DNA of 64,000 bases from Methanotrichaceae archaeon (GTDB taxonomy: Archaea > Halobacteriota > Methanosarcinia > Methanotrichales > Methanotrichaceae): contig CAWDLW010000008.1 in NCBI GenBank assembly GCA_963803145.1, positions 96,001 through 160,000 of the forward strand, read 5' to 3'. The notes under the pieces are model-generated. The model had not been told where the DNA came from. It made no database searches and saw nothing but the letters and a program-made list of their open reading frames with translations. Positions 30,664 to 38,119 of the stretch are shown piece after piece (the first letter of the stretch is position 1; every line of letters starts with the position of its first letter). The translations under genes and the position numbers were made by a program.

Positions 30664-31134
30664 GTGGTTGGTAGCATTAGCCCTGTTGCTAGCTCATTAA
30701 TTCAACTCGGCGGAGCCACAATTACATTGTCGCCCCAAGATCCGTGGGCATCGCTTCCAGTTACTATACTGGGAGTATTCATTGGCGGTCTAATTACTTT
30801 GATAGTAAGTTATGTTCTTCAAAATCGCCTCTTTAATGAACAGCGCAAAGCTGGAGAGATGGATCGACGCTTAGGTGCTTATAAGGATTTATTGCATGAA
30901 ATATGGGAATACGAGGGACCAAGGCGTATAGGCCAGGATCTAAAATTTAGTATGGCCCAGGTTATTCATTATGGCAGTGATGAAGTAAAGAACATAATAG
31001 AACCTAGCTATGACAAGCTGGTGGGTAGTAGTTCTGATGGTTTGGACGAGGCACTAAAAAAGGCAAAGGAAACAATGAATAATGAAATTGCGGATAGGCC
31101 GCGGTATAATAGGCCTCGGTGGCAATTCTGGTGA
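30664..31134 (+). CDS. Hypothetical single-TM protein
   Basis: TM segment ILGVFIGGLITLIVSYVL followed by a helical soluble region; ends RWQFW. Confidence 0.65.
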   Translation: MVGSISPVASSLIQLGGATITLSPQDPWASLPVTILGVFIGGLITLIVSYVLQNRLFNEQRKAGEMDRRLGAYKDLLHEIWEYEGPRRIGQDLKFSMAQVIHYGSDEVKNIIEPSYDKLVGSSSDGLDEALKKAKETMNNEIADRPRYNRPRWQFW

Positions 31135-31317
31135 ATCTAGGCCTTAGGATGGCCACATATTACCTTTTTCCCTGCATAAGCTAGCAGGCTATGTGCCATG
31201 TGGGAGATATCATCCGCTTTAAGTACAACTATCCTCGAAATGGGTTAGAACTAATTAAGAATCCAATACTTCAAACCACCCAAACATTTTTCGTTAGAAC
31301 TTATAATAGCCGCCTTT

Positions 31318-32700
31318 ATGGAAAGCCCTGAGGATGAGAATGAAACGGAGAAAAGACAAGAATTGGCAGAATTAGCATTGAATTTCCTCAAAGCCGTAGC
31401 AAATATGGCAAAGGCCGAACTAGGTGACAATTTAATGCAGAGACAACGTAGCTCATGGATTGTACGTACTGAACCTGGTTTCTGGGGTAGTAAAGATTTT
31501 GAACGTGGAATCTTAAATAGCACAATCGTCTCCCAAATGTATGTGAGGGTATGGCAGCGCAATAGTTTTCGTGAGCAGCAGCGGTTAGAAGAAGCCCTAA
31601 GCAAAGCTAATATCCCAGCCACCAGTCATTTAGCTGGATTCTGTCTTCCTCTGTTAAATAATTGGCTCCGCATGCCTGAATCCCTTGCGTTCGAGAAATC
31701 AGTTATTTCAAGTTTGCTGGATGAGTTCGCGGATGCTGTATTGAAACGCCTAGGGATTTTAAGATCGCGTTTCGTAATTGATAATTTCGATCCAGAGATT
31801 TTGCCCATTTCCCTTGAAAAGGGCGTAATCATTCGTCAGATCACTAATGATGAGTTATGGGAGTTTGGAGATATTGAAAGATCGATGCGCTATATAGCTA
31901 AGAATCCATTTTATTACCCTAATGAATCATGGAAGATATTAGATATTAAGCTGCAATATAGAATCCCTTTTGAAATTAGGGAGTTATTGGATTTTGGACT
32001 CAAATCAAAAATACTTCCTATGGCAGTGTTGGCGCTCTTTCGACTTGGTGCTTCTGGTTCAACAAGGATCATTAATTTAGGTTCTGAAAAAAATTACGGA
32101 AACGCAGGATCTGAAGCATGGCCATTTAGTGCGTTTAATAATGTACAAGAGATAGGAGCGTACGAAGAAACTTATTCTCTCAATGCAGAGGAAATTCGGC
32201 ATCTTCAGAATTCCTGGCAAAATATGCGCAAAATCATGGAATCAGACAACCATTATCTGAGGCTACCAGCACAACGATTACTAGAAGGAGGGCTTAGAGA
32301 GCGACCAGAGGACGCAATACTAGACTACGCAATAGGCCTTGAGAGACTATTGACGGAAGGAGATAAAAAGGAACTTGGCTATAGATTTGCTCTTAGAGGA
32401 GCAACGGTTCTTAGTTGGAACGGTGGAAATAAGAAAATTTTCTTTGATAGGTTAAAGAAATTTTATGATGTCAGGAGTTCTATAGTTCATGGAAGCCGAG
32501 TAAAAGAGAATGAACTCAGTGATTCTTGTGTAGAGGGAGAAAATTATCTCCGAAAGATATGGTGGTGGTACTTCGAACACGGCTTTATTCAAGAGAAGGG
32601 CTTAAAAAAAGGAACTGATGAAATCGAAAAAAGAATTTTGAGTAATTCTATAGGTAATGTATCATGCCGAGGGAGCAGGTATGAGGAAAAATCACTTTGA
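31318..32700 (+). CDS. HEPN-domain protein (Apea-like HEPN), putative defence RNase
   Basis: C-terminal DAILDYAIGLERLL...ELGYRFALRGA...FYDVRSSIVHG containing RxxxxH. Confidence 0.82.
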   Translation: MESPEDENETEKRQELAELALNFLKAVANMAKAELGDNLMQRQRSSWIVRTEPGFWGSKDFERGILNSTIVSQMYVRVWQRNSFREQQRLEEALSKANIPATSHLAGFCLPLLNNWLRMPESLAFEKSVISSLLDEFADAVLKRLGILRSRFVIDNFDPEILPISLEKGVIIRQITNDELWEFGDIERSMRYIAKNPFYYPNESWKILDIKLQYRIPFEIRELLDFGLKSKILPMAVLALFRLGASGSTRIINLGSEKNYGNAGSEAWPFSAFNNVQEIGAYEETYSLNAEEIRHLQNSWQNMRKIMESDNHYLRLPAQRLLEGGLRERPEDAILDYAIGLERLLTEGDKKELGYRFALRGATVLSWNGGNKKIFFDRLKKFYDVRSSIVHGSRVKENELSDSCVEGENYLRKIWWWYFEHGFIQEKGLKKGTDEIEKRILSNSIGNVSCRGSRYEEKSL

Positions 32701-32732
32701 TACTGGAACTAGAATTTCGGCTCCATCTTAAC

Positions 32733-32832
32733 CCTCCACCCCAAAAGATGGCATCAGCTCCTCCAAGGTCTTGAGATGTCCCAGGGCCTCAAGCCCTTTT
32801 GGAGTAAGTTCTATAATATACATACCGAAAAG
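32733..32832 (-). pseudogene. 3' fragment of a winged-helix regulator gene (copy A)
   Basis: Encodes TPKGLEALGHLKTLEELMP, the same wing/C-helix pattern as 1798..2067; no 5' half. Confidence 0.6.
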
Positions 32833-32844
32833 GTCGCATCCAAA

Positions 32845-33015
32845 ATGCTCTGCCCCCGCTGCCATCTCCATGAGCTCTCCGATGATGAGGATATCTGCCT
32901 GGACTGCTACCTCTCGGATGCAAGGGCCGAACCATCGGAGATTTCTAGACATATATTTTCGTCGCTTCAATATGGTTCTATGATATTTTTCAGAATGCTT
33001 ATGCCTATGATATGA
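32845..33015 (+). CDS. Putative zinc-finger microprotein (56 aa)
   Basis: MLCPRCHLHELSDDEDICLDCY (two CxxC); TATA-like TATAATATA about 25 nt upstream. Confidence 0.5.
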   Translation: MLCPRCHLHELSDDEDICLDCYLSDARAEPSEISRHIFSSLQYGSMIFFRMLMPMI

Positions 33016-33056
33016 TGCGAAAGTTTTATAGGATAGTAGCCAGATGGATTATAAGG

Positions 33057-33115
33057 AAAAACCTGCGGGAAGGCGAACCAAAAGGTCTCTGGCGCTTACG
33101 CGCTCGCATTCCCGC
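33057..33115 (-). terminator. Long hairpin downstream of the NYN gene
   Basis: Minus strand GCGGGAATGCGA...TCGCCTTCCCGC followed by GTTTTT. Confidence 0.5.
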
Positions 33116-33124
33116 CATAAATAC

Positions 33125-33667
33125 TCAAGGCCCAATTTTATCAGGATATTTTGTAAGAGAGATATAACCTAAAGAAGTATCCCTAAGCTTATCTGCGCAG
33201 TGGCTATCAAAACTGGCGACATAGATCTCTTTTCCCATCTCCTTAACACCCTCTACAGCGCGGAAGAAATCAGCATCGCCTGCGCAGATTATAGCTACAT
33301 CAAAAGCATCCCTTGACGCCAGCAATAAAAGATCTGTTACGAGGGCTACATCAACCCCTTTTTCGTATTTATCCTTCACTTTGCCAGACTCATCATATAC
33401 AACTTTCAGATCAAAGGTCTTGACATCAAACTTGATGAAGCTATTGAACGTAGCATATAATCTTTCTTGATCTCTTGCCCTTTCTTCGGGTTGCGATCGA
33501 TCCACGGCGCAATATATAATAGCTCTTGTGAAATCATATTTCTCCAGGCGCTCAATACCTGTATCAGCGAGGAAATCCACCAATTTTTGATAGTCGAATC
33601 TAATGCTCTCGTGTCGTGATCCTCGGAAGATATTGGAGTTATCGATGAAGATCATCAGGCGTTTCAA
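33125..33667 (-). CDS. NYN domain (LabA/DUF88, PIN-like) putative ribonuclease
   Basis: IFIDNSN, EKGVDVALVTD, AGDADF. Confidence 0.92.
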   Translation of the reverse strand: MKRLMIFIDNSNIFRGSRHESIRFDYQKLVDFLADTGIERLEKYDFTRAIIYCAVDRSQPEERARDQERLYATFNSFIKFDVKTFDLKVVYDESGKVKDKYEKGVDVALVTDLLLLASRDAFDVAIICAGDADFFRAVEGVKEMGKEIYVASFDSHCADKLRDTSLGYISLTKYPDKIGP

Positions 33668-33730
33668 TGAACCACCTTGAGGGCAAATTCTTTCTTGAGG
33701 TTAAGTAGCTAACTATTGATGTCTAAGTCT

Positions 33731-33824
33731 CCTCCAATCCAAAAGAGGGCATCCTTCAGTGCATTGAGGTGCCCCAGTGCCTCAAGCCCTTTTGGAGTAG
33801 TTCTATAATATATATACCGAAAAG
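33731..33824 (-). pseudogene. 3' fragment of a winged-helix regulator gene (copy B; direct repeat of 32733-32832)
   Basis: Encodes YYRTTPKGLEALGHLNAL; high nucleotide similarity to copy A. Confidence 0.6.
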
Positions 33825-33941
33825 TATCAATCCCGTCAAATTATCCCTGGGACGAAGGCACCCTTCAGCTCCTCAAGACAATCCATGTCGAGAATGTGAC
33901 CTAAAACACTTAAATCCCATTGAGCTGTATAGAGTCTCGAT

Positions 33942-34202
33942 ATGTTTGCTGAGTATATTGAGGCTGCTTTAGAAAGGGCGGTCTATAAAACTCTCGAAGA
34001 CGAGGAGGAGCCTATCTTTGTCTCTGTTCCCGAGCTTCCTGGCGCCTGGGCGACAGGCAAGACCATTGAAGAGGCTCGGAAGGAGCTTATCTCAGTTATT
34101 GAAGGCTGGATTGCTTTGAGGCTAAGGATGGGCCGATCGATACCACCTATAGGCGGACACGTGATAACTGCGTCTACTGAACCGGTGAGTATCGCTGAAT
34201 AG
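33942..34202 (+). CDS. hicB: HicB family antitoxin
   Basis: YIEAALERAVY...VPELPGAWATGKTIEEARKEL..VIEGWI...IPPI. Confidence 0.9.
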   Translation: MFAEYIEAALERAVYKTLEDEEEPIFVSVPELPGAWATGKTIEEARKELISVIEGWIALRLRMGRSIPPIGGHVITASTEPVSIAE

Positions 34203-34263
34203 ACTTACACCGATCTCACGGCCTGAGCTTATCAAGCGTGATGAATGGCTCTCGGTAGCTTAA
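34195..34263 (+). pseudogene. hicA: Internally deleted hicA toxin
   Basis: Overlaps the hicB stop. Reads NRLTPISRPELIKR (HicA N-terminus) fused directly to DEWLSVA* (HicA C-terminus). Confidence 0.65.
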
Positions 34264-34308
34264 TCAAACGCTTTTTCGTCCGATGATCGCACTCTGACTG
34301 AAGGATTT

Positions 34309-34590
34309 TTACAATCGATCAATCAATTCTTCTCTTGTAATCCCCGCTTGCTTCATGGATTCAAGCAATAGACCTTTCCTCATCTCTCTCTTGTCTTCTT
34401 CCACGGGAATCTCTAACCCTCTGGCGGCCAGGCTCTCTATGTAGCCCTCAATAGCTTCTTTTGCCATTCCAATAGCCTCCTCTACAGTTTCGCCAGATGT
34501 CAGACAGCCTGGTAGAGCAGGGACGATAACTGTATACGAGCCGTCATCCTCTTTTATTAGTTGAATTTTGTAACGCAGAGTCCTCATCAT
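34309..34590 (-). CDS. hicB: HicB family antitoxin fused to a HicA C-terminal remnant
   Basis: EDDGSYTVIVPALPGCLTSGETVEEA..MAKEAIEGY (HicB) followed by KGLL...MKQAGITREELI (HicA-like tail). Confidence 0.85.
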   Translation of the reverse strand: MMRTLRYKIQLIKEDDGSYTVIVPALPGCLTSGETVEEAIGMAKEAIEGYIESLAARGLEIPVEEDKREMRKGLLLESMKQAGITREELIDRL

Positions 34591-34830
34591 CCGTTATACA
34601 AGTCTTTTGATGTATTTATGCTGTGCCATGACATAGAATTGTGAGCGTGAGTCGACCAACCAAAAGCGTTTTCGCCTGATCCTTAATAAAGAGAAGATCT
34701 TGAAAAGCTTGATTAAAGTGATGCTGATGCAGGGATTCGCTTAGTGACTAATAGAGCTAGGCTAATAGATATGGTTGCTCTCCAAATTCCGTCTTTAGCA
34801 TGTAGCGAATTAAGTCCGATGGCTTTGATC

Positions 34831-35634
34831 TCATAACTTCACAAGATCAAAGGCCCATCGGCTCACGCGTGGTGCAACGTTGCCCGATCTGCGGTAAAAC
34901 TGAACTTCAAAATTCATGCTTCTATATTTCTCAATGAGTCCTTCTATCTGATGACGCTTCTTAAATGTGTAGAAGTGTATCAACCCTCCTTTTTTTACAA
35001 CAGGGCTTACGATCTCCAGGATATCATCTCTCCCATAAGGCGTTGGGATAATTGCCCTGTCGAACCTCAGCTTAATCATTCTTGGAATAAGAAAAGCATC
35101 GCCATTTATTATCGTAATGTTATCTTCAACGCCATTGAGTTTAGTATTCTCTGCCATCCATCTGCATGCCTCGCTATTGCTCTCTACAGCAACAGTTTTT
35201 GCGCCTCTGGCTGCAACAGGTATCGCAAAAGGGCCGACACCGCAGAATGGAACCAGCAAATGCTCTCCCGGCTTAGTCATCAGGGCTATCCTTCTCCTCT
35301 CATAGCTAAGGCTGCTGTTGAAGAAAACTTTGGTCACATCTAAGTGATATAAGTATCCAAGCTCTTTATGTACTGTAACTGTATCCTTGCCTGCCAGAAC
35401 CTCAAAGCTGGCAACTCTTCTATCTCCATCAAGTTTGGATACTTTATTGAGCACGGTCTTGATATCTCTTCTATTGGCAATCAATGACTCTGATATTGCC
35501 CGCTTATAATCGCTCAACTCAGGAGGAATGGAAACGATGGCGATATCTCCAATGGTGCGAAAATGGTTTGAGATTTTATTTATCACTGTTTCGGGAAGGC
35601 TTTCTTGTAGATGGTCCCTCAAGTTCATTAGCAA
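34831..35634 (-). CDS. Trm5/Taw2 (Met-10+-like) SAM-dependent tRNA-modifying transferase
   Basis: IGDIAIV, TVHKELG..YHLDVTKVFF, ERRRI, PFCGVGPFAIP. Confidence 0.85.
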   Translation of the reverse strand: MLMNLRDHLQESLPETVINKISNHFRTIGDIAIVSIPPELSDYKRAISESLIANRRDIKTVLNKVSKLDGDRRVASFEVLAGKDTVTVHKELGYLYHLDVTKVFFNSSLSYERRRIALMTKPGEHLLVPFCGVGPFAIPVAARGAKTVAVESNSEACRWMAENTKLNGVEDNITIINGDAFLIPRMIKLRFDRAIIPTPYGRDDILEIVSPVVKKGGLIHFYTFKKRHQIEGLIEKYRSMNFEVQFYRRSGNVAPRVSRWAFDLVKL

Positions 35635-35639
35635 ATTAA

Positions 35640-36800
35640 AGCCTGAACAAATATATCAAGAGATCTGAGGCTGAACTTTAACTTTCGTCTTTGCGATGAT
35701 TTGATATTTAATTTAAAATTGTTTATTCATTAGATACTATTATTTCTCTCTAATCCTTGAACTCTCACTTTCGGTCAAGAGGCCTAATAATTAACGGTTA
35801 TTTTAGTGATATCAAATATAAATATAATTTAGATATTATTTTTTCCATATTTCTATTATGATTCTTGTTAAATTTTTAGTTATTTTCTTATGATCATAAA
35901 TTAGTATATATCATCAAGTGATATGTTAATTATATTTAACAATATATGTATAATCTTAAAACCAAAAACTATACATATCTTTATATTTATAACTTTAATA
36001 TAGATATACGTTTAAACTGCTGAATATAAATTATCTAAACAGTTTTATAGAATACTTTTGACCATAAAAAGTCAATACTTTGTATACAGGAATAGTATTT
36101 ATAAAATTACTCCAATTCTTCTTAGCACCTATATATCATTCTTATAGTAATTGGGAATCAATTCGTTCTTTAAACCATTATATCGTTTGAGGAGTATTTT
36201 GACCTAGTTAAGGGAGGGTATGCGCGCCAAGGACCCCATATTCATATAGTATTTGGAATAACTGAGCTAACAAAATCGTAGTTTAGTTTGACAGCATTAA
36301 CTCTGTTACCATAGTGTATAAGAATAGATTAATACCAGGCTATTATACCGGGAAGAAACCTTGAGGAGTGACTTAGAAGTTACTCTTCTGAATAGCGGCT
36401 GAAATTCTCTAAGGCGAGTTAACTAAATTGAATGTCGGATCTAGAACATTTTAAGAATTACTTTTCAATAAATACTATAATAACTAATAAAGACTAATTA
36501 TTTAATATTTTTCAATGATCTAATTGTTAAATTATTATGTTACATTTTCTTAGTACACAAAATAAAATTAAATAATTATAACAATTAAAATCTTAAATAA
36601 TCAATTCATTATCAAATAATCTATTAATATTATCATTTTAGTCCTATATTTATTGTTTTCCCGGTTTAAAGAACGAAAAGTGAGGATTAAGATATCAATA
36701 ACATAATATAAAAGTTAAAAGATTTCGTAATTCGAAATAAAATATGTTGATGCCTAAAACTATCAGAGATTCTCGATTTAGGAATTAGGCCGTATTAACC
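35640..36800. other. ~1.2-kb very AT-rich non-coding region
   Basis: No ORF of 60 aa or more on either strand; composition sharply more AT-rich than the flanks by eye. Confidence 0.8.
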
Positions 36801-36830
36801 CAAAGCTATGGCTTCTCCAAAGTGAGAGCC

Positions 36831-37595
36831 TCATTCGAACCCTTTGATGAAGCTCTTAATATTGTACTGCAGGTCAGGATGGTATCCTCCCTCAAGCACA
36901 GCAAATCGCTTTCCATGACACTTCATAGAGCCTTCACGGATTACACGGCCTATTCTTTCATAATCCTCAGTCCGGAGAAGCCCGCCCCAATCTTCAATGT
37001 ATGTATCGAAGCCCGCAGATACGCCTACGATATCGTATTCAAAATCGCGGAAGGCATCCTCTACTTGCCGAATGTAGCTGCTGCTATCCAGGCTTAAATA
37101 GTTAAAGTCCAGATCTACTGACCCAGGGTTAACGATCTTTACGTTCTCATCCCCGCGGAATATACTCACAGTTCCATCGCCAAAGTGGAGATCGATATCG
37201 ATTATCAGGACACGTTTTGCCTGATGCCTAATCTTTTGCACAGCTATTGCCATATTGTTGAAGAAACACATTCCCCATGCTCTATTGGCTGAAGCATGGT
37301 GCCCAGGTGGCCTGATCAGTGCAAAGGCAGGTTCTCCCTTTAGGGCAAGTTCAGCAGCGCAAACGGCTCCGCCTGCTGCTAAGCTGGCGGCCTCATAAAG
37401 GCTTCTATGCCGCACTGCATCAATATGATCGGTCCCATGAACTAGGCGTATATCCTCGAGGTTGGCGGACTTCGGCTGAATAAAATCATAACCTTCTTTT
37501 TGCAACTCTAACGCCGGCAGTATAACTCGATCAGCATCCTCTACTGGATTTGTCGGATATCTATCTCCGAATTTAGCGCTATAAACTACCTTCAT
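36831..37595 (-). CDS. Histone deacetylase family (Zn-dependent) protein
   Basis: RPPGHHA, GMCFFNN, DIDLHFGDGT, SAGFD, LEGGY. Confidence 0.95.
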   Translation of the reverse strand: MKVVYSAKFGDRYPTNPVEDADRVILPALELQKEGYDFIQPKSANLEDIRLVHGTDHIDAVRHRSLYEAASLAAGGAVCAAELALKGEPAFALIRPPGHHASANRAWGMCFFNNMAIAVQKIRHQAKRVLIIDIDLHFGDGTVSIFRGDENVKIVNPGSVDLDFNYLSLDSSSYIRQVEDAFRDFEYDIVGVSAGFDTYIEDWGGLLRTEDYERIGRVIREGSMKCHGKRFAVLEGGYHPDLQYNIKSFIKGFE

Positions 37596-37720
37596 TATTA
37601 GACCGATAGAGCATGTATTATTACTGTATGAGATTTAACTTATTCTTCTGAAATTCCAGTGTTCCTTTCTGGGACTCGGCTGAAAAGCTAGATATTCTAC
37701 ATCTTCTAAGCAAATATTGC

Positions 37721-38065
37721 ATGCCTAATTTCAAAGTCCTGCTTGAGGGTGCCTGGCTGGTCAGAGATGTCAAAACCGCTGATGATGCGATCGGCGTTGC
37801 TATTTCTGAGGCGGGCAAGCGGTTGAACCAGAACAAGATGGATTTCGTTGATGTAGAGGTCGGTCAGCTGGATTGCCCTGGCTGCGGCGAGGCATTGGAT
37901 GCCATCATCCTCGTTGCAGGCACAGCTCTAGTGGGCTTGCTCTTTGAAATAAAAATATTCAATGCAGAAAGCGAGGAGCATGCTGGAAGGATAGCTAAAT
38001 CAATGATAGGTAAGGCGCTAGGATCTATTCCCCTGAGGGTTGTTGAGGCGACAGAATTGGATTAA
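37721..38065 (+). CDS. DUF555/UPF0212 family protein
   Basis: LEGAWLVRDV...DDAIGVAISEAGKRLN, CPGCGE, FNAESEEHA.RIAK. Confidence 0.88.
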   Translation: MPNFKVLLEGAWLVRDVKTADDAIGVAISEAGKRLNQNKMDFVDVEVGQLDCPGCGEALDAIILVAGTALVGLLFEIKIFNAESEEHAGRIAKSMIGKALGSIPLRVVEATELD

Positions 38066-38119
38066 TGCAAGATTAATGCTTATATCTTATATAATCCAAC
38101 TCAGGGCTTATCCTCGCGC

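Larger units (their letters stand above)
27230..34800. mobile_element. Accessory/defence island or decayed integrated element (boundaries approximate)
   Basis: Cluster of AbrB, orphan ORFs, HEPN, NYN, two hicB genes, gene relics and repeated motifs between housekeeping-type genes; no integrase seen. Confidence 0.55.

Noticed and set aside
32728-32970. 80-aa minus-strand ORF as an intact gene
   Set aside because: It appears chimeric: the C-terminus is a wHTH relic and the N-terminus is the antisense of the Zn-finger ORF.
28700-34679. Repeated 20-bp motif as a CRISPR array or integron attC sites
   Set aside because: Spacing is hundreds to thousands of bp and irregular. There are no RYYYAAC/GTTRRRY ends or attC-like palindrome, and no integron integrase in the window.
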